A stretch of 21,571 nt of DNA from an uncultured virus (IMG/VR IMGVR_UViG_2739367660_000007) (IMGVR_UViG_2739367660_000007), one strand, 5' to 3'; numbered from the stretch's first letter, positions 1 through 8,640 are shown. Translations and numbers: made by a program. Notes: generated by a model from the letters alone, not told the origin.

Positions 1-44
1 TTGATTCCAAGGGGGCGGTTTCTTATTGTCAATTAGTAATTGAC
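1..44 (+). promoter_or_regulatory. Sigma70-like promoter with an overlapping palindromic operator upstream of the XRE gene
   Basis: TTGATT (1-6), 17 bp, TATTGT (24-29). Perfect inverted repeat GTCAATTA-G-TAATTGAC at 28-44 covers the end of the -10 box and the expected start site. Confidence 0.6.
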
Positions 45-67
45 TATCGGCGCAAGGAACCGTGACG

Positions 68-751
68 ATGAGTAAAGAGAAACGCAGGCATCCTGAGTTC
101 GGCGCACGGTTCGAATTGGCCTGTGACGGCAACCCTCTTGTTCCGCCGCAGAACTACGGACGCCTGAGCTGGATTGTCAAGCAGTTCAAGGATCGCTTCG
201 ACACTGACGTGACCATCGAAAGCGTCCGCAAATGGTCGATCGGGGTGACATATCCGAGACCTGACGCCATGATGAAGCTCGCTGCAATTCTCGCGGTGGA
301 TCAGGCGTGGCTGGCCCTCGGCACCACGTCGGAGATCAGCGAAAAGGATGCCAAAATCAGGAAGGCAGAGATGAGCGGTGCGGTGAACCTGCTCGCCGGT
401 ATCATTCAGATGTCCGGGTGCCATCCCGCCTTCCCTGATAATGCAGATGACCGGGCTCGCGAAGAGAGCACCGACTTGTACGCGATCATCCGCGGCGCGC
501 AGTATCGTCTGCACGTCGCGCTCGGGCAGAAGGAAGGGGCAGCGGTGACCTTCTCGGTTCCGGTTTCAGCCGTTGACAACAATATCGTCATCGGCGTGGT
601 GCAGGAGGAAGGATTCTGCTTTCGGTTCTTCGAGATCAACCACGATACCCTGGCCGAGGGTAAACGGAAGGATGGTGCGGTGATCGTCCGAGTTGACGAC
701 GCGACCCAAATGCCGTTCCGTGAGATCAAGTCATTCGCTGAAAGGTTGTGA
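68..751 (+). CDS. XRE/Cro-CI-type HTH transcriptional regulator with an uncharacterised C-terminal domain
   Basis: HTH-like segment VTIESVRKWSIGVTYPRPDAMMKLAAILAVDQAWLALG. AAGGAA RBS at 54-59 favours ATG 68 over GTG 62. Confidence 0.75.
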   Translation: MSKEKRRHPEFGARFELACDGNPLVPPQNYGRLSWIVKQFKDRFDTDVTIESVRKWSIGVTYPRPDAMMKLAAILAVDQAWLALGTTSEISEKDAKIRKAEMSGAVNLLAGIIQMSGCHPAFPDNADDRAREESTDLYAIIRGAQYRLHVALGQKEGAAVTFSVPVSAVDNNIVIGVVQEEGFCFRFFEINHDTLAEGKRKDGAVIVRVDDATQMPFREIKSFAERL

Positions 752-752
752 C

Positions 753-1190
753 ATGCGACTCCTTGCGCTTTGCCTTGTTCTTGCGGCTTCGCCGGCTTCG
801 GCCGGTTGGCGCAATACCGAATGGGGGATGAACGAAGAAGAGTTCAGGAGCGCGGCGCCGTCGGAAGTGACGATCACAGGTAAAGGTGTTGGTGTCGATC
901 TGGATATGCAGTTCGCTGTTTCTCCGGTGTTCGATGGCGGCAAACTGGTCGAGGTGAAACTTGTTCCCACTGAGAACCGCTTCTGCCCGGCTGCCTTTTA
1001 TGGGGTCACCGAAACCTACGGGGAACCCGCCTATAAGACCGAGAATGTTTCGGCGTGGGAATCTGACGGCAACGTCGTCTTGTTCTCGCAGCGCGCTGAC
1101 AGTTGCGTCGTCTCGTATCAGGATCCGGCCAAGGGGCAGCGCTCGAAGGCGGCGGATAGCTGGCCGGCCGCAAATACGACAGGGTTCTAA
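753..1190 (+). CDS. Secreted/periplasmic hypothetical protein
   Basis: ATG begins 2 nt after the end of the XRE stop. Classic signal peptide MRLLALCLVLAASPASA followed by GWRNTEWGM. Confidence 0.7.
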   Translation: MRLLALCLVLAASPASAGWRNTEWGMNEEEFRSAAPSEVTITGKGVGVDLDMQFAVSPVFDGGKLVEVKLVPTENRFCPAAFYGVTETYGEPAYKTENVSAWESDGNVVLFSQRADSCVVSYQDPAKGQRSKAADSWPAANTTGF

Positions 1191-1257
1191 AATCACTTTT
1201 TGCGTGGACTCTTTCACGTTTTGAGGGTATTTTCGGGGCATCCAGCAGGAGCCCTAA

Positions 1258-2850
1258 ATGCGTTTTGGATCAGTTTGCTCCGGGATCGAGGCCGCGTCTA
1301 TCGCATGGCATGAACTCGGATGGGATGCGGCATGGCTTGCTGAGGTTGATGTCGCAGCATCTGCAGTTCTGGCCCATCGCTTTGGTGCTACCGCCCCTCG
1401 GTTCCCTCTCGAAGGCACGGAAAAATCTCTGAAGCGCATTCGGTGGGGTGATCGCCTGGTGAACTGGGGAGACATGACCCGGTTGCCTGATATGGTGCGA
1501 TCCGGTGCAGCCGAAGCCCCGGACATCCTCTGCGGAGGAACCCCTTGCCAGGGCTTCTCTCTTGCCGGCCTGCGCGGTGGCCTGAACGATCCCCGGGGCC
1601 AGCTCACCCTTTCATTCGTGGAACTCGCCAATGCAATCGACGATCGACGCGCTGTTGACGGACAGCACCCATGCGCAATTTTCTGGGAGAACGTACCGGG
1701 CGTCCGATCTGACAGCGGAAACGCATTCGGACATTTTCTCGCCGCGCTCGTGGGTGTGGAAGATCCCATCGAACCGGGTCCACGACCTGAACCGGGACGG
1801 TCCTCTGCCCACTGGACATGGAAAAAAGAAACCCGTGAGCATGTGGCGAAGTGGTCCCGTGCAGGTGTTGTTGCTGGACCCCGACGGACAGTCGGCTGGC
1901 GGTCCAGCGATGCCCAATATTTCGGTCTGGCCCAACGACGCGAGCGTCTGTTCGTTGTCGCAAGTGCTCGTGAGGGGTTTGATCCCCAAAGCGTATTACT
2001 TGAGTTCGACAGCCTGCGCCGGGATTCTGCGCCGAGCCGAGAGCCGGGGCGAGACGTTGCCGGAACCCTTGCTGCGGGCACTTATGTCGGCGGTATCTCG
2101 GGAAAGTGTGAAGCCGGCCTCGGCTATGTCCAGCCTGCAGGAGATGTTGGGTTAGTTCCGCAATGGTGGGACGGATCGCCGGTCAGCCAGACCCTTGATG
2201 CCGTTCTCCACAAGGGGCAGACGATGCCCGAGAAGAACCGTTTCCCGGCTGTTTTGCAGCCTGTTCCTGTCTGCATCCACGGAACCCAAGACCCGATTGT
2301 CGGCGTCGATCTGGCTCACGCGCTCGGCCGCAATTCGGGACAGGAGAACGCTGTTTGCGTGACCGGCGACATTACGCATGCGCTGAAAGTAGAAGGATTT
2401 GACGGCAGCGAAGACGGCACGGGACGAGGGCATCCTATTGTTCCATGGTCAATTATGCCGATGAACAGCGGCAAAGATTTCAAAGCACGCATAACAGATA
2501 TCTCTCAACCGTTAATGGCGGCCGGCCCGGTGAGCGGCAATCAAGGGGGAGATTTAGTTCAGATCGGAGAAATGGCCGTGCGCCGCCTGATGCCGGTCGA
2601 GTGCGAACGGCTGATGGGTTTCCCCGATGGGCACACCCTTGTTCCTGTGGGCAAAGGGATGGCAGCAGACGGGCCACGCTACAAGCAACTCGGCAACAGC
2701 TGGGCGGTGCCTTGTGTGACATGGATCGGGCGGCGCCTCGACATGCACCTTGCCAATTTGAACGGACAGATCATCGACGCAGTGCCTCTTGGTGAAACGC
2801 CGACTGTGGCAGGCGGTGATGCCCTGCGCATCTGGATGTGTGTCGCATGA
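1258..2850 (+). CDS. dcm: Phage-type DNA (cytosine-5) methyltransferase
   Basis: C5-MTase motifs: SVCSGIEA (I variant), GGTPCQGFS (IV), WENVPG (VI), QRRERLF (VIII), RRLMPVECERLMGFP (IX), RYKQLGNS (X). AGGAG RBS. Confidence 0.92.
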   Translation: MRFGSVCSGIEAASIAWHELGWDAAWLAEVDVAASAVLAHRFGATAPRFPLEGTEKSLKRIRWGDRLVNWGDMTRLPDMVRSGAAEAPDILCGGTPCQGFSLAGLRGGLNDPRGQLTLSFVELANAIDDRRAVDGQHPCAIFWENVPGVRSDSGNAFGHFLAALVGVEDPIEPGPRPEPGRSSAHWTWKKETREHVAKWSRAGVVAGPRRTVGWRSSDAQYFGLAQRRERLFVVASAREGFDPQSVLLEFDSLRRDSAPSREPGRDVAGTLAAGTYVGGISGKCEAGLGYVQPAGDVGLVPQWWDGSPVSQTLDAVLHKGQTMPEKNRFPAVLQPVPVCIHGTQDPIVGVDLAHALGRNSGQENAVCVTGDITHALKVEGFDGSEDGTGRGHPIVPWSIMPMNSGKDFKARITDISQPLMAAGPVSGNQGGDLVQIGEMAVRRLMPVECERLMGFPDGHTLVPVGKGMAADGPRYKQLGNSWAVPCVTWIGRRLDMHLANLNGQIIDAVPLGETPTVAGGDALRIWMCVA

Positions 2851-3158
2851 TCAGGGTGTGCGAAGAAACCCGTCGCCGTATTCGCGTTGCGGTCGCAGCG
2901 TGGGCTTACGAGAGGCACGCTGATCCGATCATGTCTGATGCCGAATACGATGCCTTGGCCCGGTCAATCGACCTTGATCGCAGCACCGCAAACAGCGAAA
3001 TGGACAACTGGTTTGCCCTCAACTTCGAGCCGCACACCGGGGCATGGGTGTGGGGTCATCCAGATCGGGAGGGACTGGATCGTGTTTATCGAGGTCTGCG
3101 CAGCCGGTCTCACCAGCGTAACGTGCCGGCGTTGCACCTGTGGCTGGTGACGCCATGA
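2847..3158 (+). CDS. Stand-alone NAD-dependent DNA ligase domain-Ia-like small protein
   Basis: AYERHADPIMSDAEYDAL matches the LigA domain Ia signature (YY...P.ISDAEYD.L). ATGA overlap with the dcm stop. No adenylation domain. Confidence 0.75.
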   Translation: MIRVCEETRRRIRVAVAAWAYERHADPIMSDAEYDALARSIDLDRSTANSEMDNWFALNFEPHTGAWVWGHPDREGLDRVYRGLRSRSHQRNVPALHLWLVTP

Positions 3159-3427
3159 GCAGCAAGTCCGATCAGAAGAAACCCTGGAAACCTCGGCGTT
3201 CTGACGCCTTCGCAACGTGCGACGAACTCACGGACGGAAACTGCACCTGTCGGGCCAAAGGGAAGAATCCTTGCCTCGCCTGGGTCTTACCCTTGGCTGC
3301 CTGCTACCATCTTGATCGCACTGATTACGTCGAAGCCGAGCGGGAGCGGATGGAATACAACAGAATCAACGGAACCTTCTTCAACACAGTTTTGCCATGC
3401 GCTCTGCATGCCTTGGTTACGAAATGA
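3155..3427 (+). CDS. Cys-rich hypothetical protein
   Basis: ATGA overlaps at both ends. Several Cys (CDELTDGNCTCRAKGKNPC). Confidence 0.6.
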   Translation: MSSKSDQKKPWKPRRSDAFATCDELTDGNCTCRAKGKNPCLAWVLPLAACYHLDRTDYVEAERERMEYNRINGTFFNTVLPCALHALVTK

Positions 3428-3903
3428 TCGTGGCTGGGACAGGGCACCGCCCAGACAAGATGGGAGGTTATTCGGATAAGGTATTCTGCGGACTGGTCGA
3501 ACTCGCCCGCACATGGCTTAACGACACACGGCCGAAGCAGGTGATAAGCGGCATGGCTCTCGGGTGGGATCAGGCTTTAGCTCAAGCCACGCTTGATCTC
3601 GGGATTCCTTTGACAGCGGCAGTTCCTTTCGACGGCTTCGAAGTGCGATGGCCGTTGTCGTCGCAGAAGAAAATGTGGAAGTTGCTTGATCTGGCGGATG
3701 AGGTGCACATTGTTCACCCGTACCCAGGAAGCGTTGCTCTGCAGATTCGCAACGAATGGATGGCCGACAGAGCCCATCTGATGCTTGCCCTTTGGGATGG
3801 ATCGTGGGGCGGAACCTTCAACTGCATTCGATATGCGAGGAAAATCGGCAGACCAGTCGAGAATCTGTGGTCACGTTGGGAAATGCTGCAATTTCTAGGA
3901 TGA
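3424..3903 (+). CDS. SLOG superfamily protein, YspA/DUF1273-like
   Basis: Motifs TGHRP, ISGMALGWD, AAVPF, RNEWMAD, LWDGSWGGT.NCIRYA are typical of YspA/DUF1273. ATGA overlap. Confidence 0.85.
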   Translation: MIVAGTGHRPDKMGGYSDKVFCGLVELARTWLNDTRPKQVISGMALGWDQALAQATLDLGIPLTAAVPFDGFEVRWPLSSQKKMWKLLDLADEVHIVHPYPGSVALQIRNEWMADRAHLMLALWDGSWGGTFNCIRYARKIGRPVENLWSRWEMLQFLG

Positions 3904-3932
3904 GCCTCCATTAGTCCACATTCGTCCGAAAC

Positions 3933-3955
3933 TTTGTTGGTATTTTTGCTGGTAT
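3933..3955. repeat. Tandem integrase arm-type binding sites
   Basis: TTTGTTGGTAT (3933-3943) and TTTGCTGGTAT (3945-3955), 12-bp period, in an AT-rich stretch just before the att core. Confidence 0.6.
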
Positions 3956-3987
3956 ATACATGAAATTATCGTTAAAAATCAATATGT

Positions 3988-4010
3988 TTCGAGTCCCTCC
4001 GGGCCTACCA
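3988..4010 (+). other. att core: isolated tRNA 3' end (T-loop to CCA)
   Basis: TTCGAGT-CCCTC-CGGGCCT-A-CCA is a T-loop, T-stem 3' strand, acceptor 3' strand and CCA. No tRNA 5' half upstream. Lies at the GC transition. Confidence 0.85.
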
Positions 4011-4038
4011 CTTCCCCCGGATCAGCGGGGCAGTGTGT

Positions 4039-6228
4039 TTAGCGCGCGGTAATGCGCGGCGGGCCATCGGTGATATGGCCGATCAGGCTGGCCGGGCTGC
4101 CTTCTGCATGAAGAGCCGCAAGCACGCTTTCGGCCCGCCCGGCCGGGAGGCAGGCAAGAAAGCCGCCGGAGGTTTGCGGGTCGAACAGCAATGCGGTTTC
4201 GGGGCGATCCGCAGGGGCGTCCAGCCGCCCGACCAGCAAAGCCCGGTTTGCAGGCGCCAGCGACGAGGCGACACCTGCCGATGCCAGGGCTGCGGCGCCG
4301 GGCAGCAGCGGCAATGCCGCCAGGTGCAGATCAGCGGCGGTGCCCGAGGCCTCGCAAATCTCCAGCAGATGCCCGGCGAGCCCGAAGCCGGTCACATCGG
4401 TCAGGGCGCAGGCTTCGGCTGCGAGCAGCCTCGCCGCCGCCAGCGGTGCCGTGGTCATCGAGGCCAGCGCCGCCGCATAGGAATCCCCCAGCAGGCCACC
4501 GGGCAGACGGGTGCCCGCCATCTCGGCCGCCAGAATGGTGCCGGTGCCCAGCGGTTTGGTCAGCAGGATCGCATCGCCCGGTTGCGCGCCGCCCTTGCGG
4601 CGGATCTGCGCGGCCTCACCGGTGACGGTGAAGCCCAGGGTCAGCTCGGCACCGATGCTGGTATGCCCGCCGATGATAGCCGCCCCCGCCTCGGCAAAGG
4701 CGGCACCAGCCATGGCCATGATCTCGGCCAGCATTTCGGCCTGAAGCCGGTCTGACAGGCGGGGCAGGGTGATCTGCGCCAGTGCGGCGCGCGGGGTGGC
4801 ACCCATGGCCCAGACATCGCCCATCGCATGCAGCGCGGTGATGCGGGCCATGATGCCGGGGTCAAGGCTGAAGGCGCGCAGGTGATCGGTGGTCAGCACC
4901 TCGAACCCCGTGCCCCGCCGGATCACCGCCGCATCGTCGCCGGGGCCGGTGAGGATATCCGGGTCCGTCGTGTCGGGCAGGCGGGCCAGCGCCGCCGCGA
5001 GTGGCTCCGCGCCCACTTTCGCCCCGCAGCCGCCACAGAGCGGTTTGGGCCCCAGCGCCTCGGCCAGGCCCGCGGCGGCCGGTTGCGGCAGTGGCGGCAC
5101 CGGCATCGCGGGATAGCTGGTGAACTTCGCCATGAAGGTGCGGTCGATCCGATCCTTCCAGCGCCAGAGCAGTGGATGTGTCAGCCGCAGCCCAAACTTG
5201 TCGGCCACTGCATTCCGCCGCCCGGTCGAGACCAGCTTGAGGTAATCGCGTTGCGGCTGATAGCGGCGCATCGTGCCGGTTTCCGCCAGCGCCACGCGCA
5301 GGTTATGCAGCAGCACCGGCGCTTCGCGCACTGCAAAGACCCCGGCCTTGGGGCGCGGTGCATGGGACAGATGCGCGCAATCCCCTGCGGCGAAGATCGC
5401 GGGGTCCGAGCTTTGCAGTGTCGGGCCGACGGTGATGAAGCCGTCGTGCAGGTCCAGCCCGGTATCGGCAAGCCAGCCCTGCGGCCGTGACCCGGCGACG
5501 GAAAGCGTGAAATCCGAGGGCAGCTCGCGCCCGTCGGTCAGGGTCACACTTTCAGCCCGTATCTTCGCGGGCGTGGCGCCTGTCAGCAGCGTTACACCCT
5601 CGCGCGTCAGTTCTGCCAGCAGGGCGGCACGCGCACCGGTGCCGATATGGGGAAGGGCGGTTGCCTCGCGCTCCAGCAGCGTGACCTGTGGGGTTACGCC
5701 AGCACCGCGCAGCCGATGCGCCGAGGCCAGCGCCAGTTCGACCCCGCCGACCCCGGCCCCCACGATGACCACATGCGAGGCGGGCAGGGCGCGTGTGACG
5801 AAAGCCTCCCACGCCTCGGCATAGGCACCCAAAGGCTTGGCAGAAATGCCATGCGCGGCATAGCCCGGCAACCCGGGCAGGCCCGAGCCGATGCCAATGT
5901 CAATCGAGGCGATGTCATAGGCGACCGGCCCGCGCCCCTCCAGCAGCACATGGCGGCTGGCGCGGTCGATCCCCACCGCGCGATCCAGGATCACCCGCGC
6001 GCCCGCAAAGCGCGCCAGCGGCACGAGGTCGATCATGATCTCGTCGCGCCGGTAATGCCCGGCGATCAGGCCGGGCAGCATGCCGGTATAGGGCGCCACC
6101 GGGCCGGGGTTGATCACGGTCAGCCGCGCGCCGGGTAGCGGCCGCATCCCCCACATCCGCAGCACGAGCGCATGCGCATGGCCGCCACCCACCAGCACCA
6201 GATCCCTTGTTTGCGGAAAACCCTGCAT
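4039..6228 (-). CDS. selD: Selenide, water dikinase SelD fused to an N-terminal FAD/NAD-dependent oxidoreductase domain
   Basis: N-terminal LVLVGGGHAH, VVIVGAGVGGVE and IFAAGDCA Rossmann/flavin motifs. SelD domain with CGGCGAKVG, GDDAAV, GGHT, LTKPLGTG, TDVTGFGLAGHL, DPQTSGG. Confidence 0.92.
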   Translation of the reverse strand: MQGFPQTRDLVLVGGGHAHALVLRMWGMRPLPGARLTVINPGPVAPYTGMLPGLIAGHYRRDEIMIDLVPLARFAGARVILDRAVGIDRASRHVLLEGRGPVAYDIASIDIGIGSGLPGLPGYAAHGISAKPLGAYAEAWEAFVTRALPASHVVIVGAGVGGVELALASAHRLRGAGVTPQVTLLEREATALPHIGTGARAALLAELTREGVTLLTGATPAKIRAESVTLTDGRELPSDFTLSVAGSRPQGWLADTGLDLHDGFITVGPTLQSSDPAIFAAGDCAHLSHAPRPKAGVFAVREAPVLLHNLRVALAETGTMRRYQPQRDYLKLVSTGRRNAVADKFGLRLTHPLLWRWKDRIDRTFMAKFTSYPAMPVPPLPQPAAAGLAEALGPKPLCGGCGAKVGAEPLAAALARLPDTTDPDILTGPGDDAAVIRRGTGFEVLTTDHLRAFSLDPGIMARITALHAMGDVWAMGATPRAALAQITLPRLSDRLQAEMLAEIMAMAGAAFAEAGAAIIGGHTSIGAELTLGFTVTGEAAQIRRKGGAQPGDAILLTKPLGTGTILAAEMAGTRLPGGLLGDSYAAALASMTTAPLAAARLLAAEACALTDVTGFGLAGHLLEICEASGTAADLHLAALPLLPGAAALASAGVASSLAPANRALLVGRLDAPADRPETALLFDPQTSGGFLACLPAGRAESVLAALHAEGSPASLIGHITDGPPRITAR

Positions 6229-6372
6229 CCTGCCCCCGTCGCGCCTGCCGCAGCCTATCTGCCTCCAAGGGCCATGGCGAGAGGCGCGGCTGCGACATCT
6301 TGGGTCGCAGGCGGGGATGACCTTGCCCCGCGCGGCAGCTATCGGAAAGGGGCGGAACAGGAACGGCGAGAC

Positions 6373-8376
6373 ATGAAATACCTTCTGGGCGTGGATACGG
6401 GCGGCACCTACACCGATGCGGCGATCATGGACGAGGCAGCGACGCAGGTGGTGGGCAAGGCGAAATCGCTGACCACGCGCGCTGATCTCAGCCTCGGGAT
6501 TGGCCGCGCTGTCGATGCGGCACTGGCGGCGGCGCAGGTCGCGCCTGCCGACGTGGCCATGGTGTCACTGTCCACGACGCTCGCCACCAATGCGCTGGTC
6601 GAGGGGCAGGGCGGCCGCGTCGCGCTGGTATTCATCGGCTTCGATGCCGCCGATCTGGAACGCGGCGGCCTGACCGAGGCTTTGGGCGGTGATCCGGTGA
6701 TCCGTCTGGCGGGCGGTCACGAACATTCCGGTGCCGAGTCCGCACCGCTGGATCTTGCCACGCTGGAGGCTGAGGCCGCGCGGCTGGCGCCCGATGTCAT
6801 GGGTTTTGCCGTGGCCGCCCGTTTTGCCACCCGCAACCCGGCACATGAGGTCGCGGCCCGCGCCGCGATCCGTGCCGCGACCGGGCGGCCGGTGACCTGC
6901 TCGCACGAGCTTTCGGCCGGGCTGAACGGCCCGAAACGCGCGCTGACCGCCGTTCTGAATGCGCGGCTGATTGGGATGATCGACCGGCTGGTCGCGGCCT
7001 GCGAGCGGCATCTGGCCGCTGTCGGCATCGACGCGCCGCTGATGGTGGTGCGTGGCGACGGCGCGCTGATTTCCGCCGCCATGGTGCGGGAACGTCCCAT
7101 TGAAACCATCCTCTCCGGCCCCGCCGCCAGCATCGTCGGTGCGCGCTGGCTGACGGGCGAGCCTGATGCGCTGGTCTCCGATATCGGCGGCACCACCACC
7201 GACGTGGCGCTGCTGAAAGACGGGTTGCCCGAGATCGACCCGGAAGGTGCGCGCGTCGGTGGCTTCCGCACCATGGTCGAGGCCGTGGCGATGCGCACCA
7301 CCGGCCTTGGGGGCGATTCAGAGGTGCATCTGCTGCAAGCAGGGCTTGAGGGTGGGTTGCGGCTTGGCCCCCGGCGGCTGGTGCCGGTCTCGCTTCTGGC
7401 GGTCGATCATGCGGAGATGGTGCATGCGGCACTGGACCGTGCGTTGTCGGCCGAGGTCTCGGGCGATTTCGACGGGCGTTTTGTCATCCCGATGCAGGGC
7501 CAGACCGGCGGGCTGACCGCGCGGGAGGCCGCGCTGCTGGCCCGGATCGACGCGCCGATGCCGATGGCCCGCCCGATCACCTCGCGACTGGAGGTAGCGG
7601 CGATGGACCGGCTGGTCGCGCGCGGGCTGGTGATGATTTCCGGCGTTACCCCTTCGGATGCCAGTCATGTTCTGGGGGGTCTGGCCGATTGGGATGCTTT
7701 GGCCTCTGAAAAGGCGCTGCGCCTGCTGGGGCGGCGGCGGACAGGGCGGGGCGAGCGTTTTGCCACCGATCCGGCGGTTCTGGCGCGGATGATCGTCGAC
7801 CAGTTGACCGCGCAAACCGTCGATTGCCTGCTGGAGGCCGCCTTCGCCGAAGATCCGGCTTTCGCAGGTGAGGCGCCTGAGGTTCTGGCGCGCCACCTGC
7901 TGACCCGGCAGGGGCTGGCGCGGCATCGCGGCGTGGTTGACATCGGGCTGCGGCTGGCGGTGCCGGTGATCGGCCTCGGCGCCTCGGCGCCCTTTTATTA
8001 CGGCGCGGTCGGGGATCGGCTTGGCAGCCGGATGATCCTCCCGGAACATGCCGGGGTTGCCAATGCCATTGGCGCCGTGGTCGGCCAGGTCAGCCAGCGC
8101 GCCACCGGCCTTGTCACCAGCCCCGGAGAAGGGCGCTTCATTGCCCATCTGCCCGCCGGCAACGTGCTGTTTTCCAGTGCTGATTCCGCCTTGGCCGCGC
8201 TGGAGACCGCACTTGCCGACGAGGCGCGCAGCCGCGCCGCCCGTGCCGGTGCCGAGGAAGTGCATATCGCCACCCACCGCGACATCCGCGAGGCCGAGGT
8301 GGAGGGTAACCGCATGTTCCTTGAGGCCACGCTCAGTGTCATCGCCTCGGGGCGACCGCGCGTGGCGCATGACTGA
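6373..8376 (+). CDS. Hydantoinase/oxoprolinase (HyuA-like) family protein
   Basis: LGVDTGGTYTD, STTLATNALVE, TILSGPAAS, DIGGTTTD, ANAIGA motifs. True start ATG 6373; the ORF-track extension overlaps selD. Confidence 0.88.
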   Translation: MKYLLGVDTGGTYTDAAIMDEAATQVVGKAKSLTTRADLSLGIGRAVDAALAAAQVAPADVAMVSLSTTLATNALVEGQGGRVALVFIGFDAADLERGGLTEALGGDPVIRLAGGHEHSGAESAPLDLATLEAEAARLAPDVMGFAVAARFATRNPAHEVAARAAIRAATGRPVTCSHELSAGLNGPKRALTAVLNARLIGMIDRLVAACERHLAAVGIDAPLMVVRGDGALISAAMVRERPIETILSGPAASIVGARWLTGEPDALVSDIGGTTTDVALLKDGLPEIDPEGARVGGFRTMVEAVAMRTTGLGGDSEVHLLQAGLEGGLRLGPRRLVPVSLLAVDHAEMVHAALDRALSAEVSGDFDGRFVIPMQGQTGGLTAREAALLARIDAPMPMARPITSRLEVAAMDRLVARGLVMISGVTPSDASHVLGGLADWDALASEKALRLLGRRRTGRGERFATDPAVLARMIVDQLTAQTVDCLLEAAFAEDPAFAGEAPEVLARHLLTRQGLARHRGVVDIGLRLAVPVIGLGASAPFYYGAVGDRLGSRMILPEHAGVANAIGAVVGQVSQRATGLVTSPGEGRFIAHLPAGNVLFSSADSALAALETALADEARSRAARAGAEEVHIATHRDIREAEVEGNRMFLEATLSVIASGRPRVAHD

Positions 8377-8407
8377 AGCGGCAGGTGAGAAAAGTTGCGA
8401 TTCCCGC

Positions 8408-8436
8408 TTGACCTCCCCGCCGGGCTTCACTAGGAA
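8408..8436 (+). promoter_or_regulatory. Putative tRNA promoter
   Basis: TTGACC (8408-8413), 17 bp, TAGGAA (8431-8436), 10 nt upstream of the tRNA. A -10 box lacking the last T is common in alphaproteobacteria. Confidence 0.6.
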
Positions 8437-8446
8437 CCGCGCCAGT

Positions 8447-8523
8447 GGCTAGGTAGCTCAGTTGGTTAGAGCACACGACTCATAATCGTGGGGTCGGGGG
8501 TTCAAATCCCCCCCTCGCCACCA
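8447..8523 (+). tRNA. tRNA-Met(CAT), elongator type
   Basis: 77-nt cloverleaf: GGCTAGG / GCTC..GAGC D-arm / CACGA-CTCATAA-TCGTG / GGGGG-TTCAAAT-CCCCC / CCTCGCC-A-CCA. G1:C72 pair and no three G:C pairs in the anticodon stem, so not the initiator. Confidence 0.93.
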
Positions 8524-8640
8524 CTCAATCAAGTAATATCGAGCCGTTGGGTGGGGTGCCGGAAGTGGTGCGTTGGAGCGTCTAAACGATCTTCGTGTTG
8601 ACGGTCCTTTTCCGGCAGATCAATGGCCCGACCGGGCTGA

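Larger units (their letters stand above)
1..4010. mobile_element. Right-hand end of a tRNA-integrated prophage/integrative element (continues left of the window)
   Basis: Phage-type gene set (XRE regulator, Dcm, LigA-Ia-like, YspA/SLOG) with ATGA-coupled genes. Visibly lower GC than the DNA after 4010. Ends in arm-type repeats and a tRNA 3'-end fragment. Confidence 0.8.

Noticed and set aside
3988..4010. A complete tRNA gene
   Set aside because: Only the T-loop to CCA is present. The upstream sequence is AT-rich and cannot form D or anticodon arms.
4039..6228. Selenocysteine (UGA) recoding in selD
   Set aside because: The active-site motif is Cys-encoded (CGGCGAK) and the frame has no internal stop.
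6172..6372. N-terminal extension of the hydantoinase ORF
   Set aside because: It overlaps the selD start and the divergent intergenic region. The family motif begins at MKYLLGVDTGG (6373).
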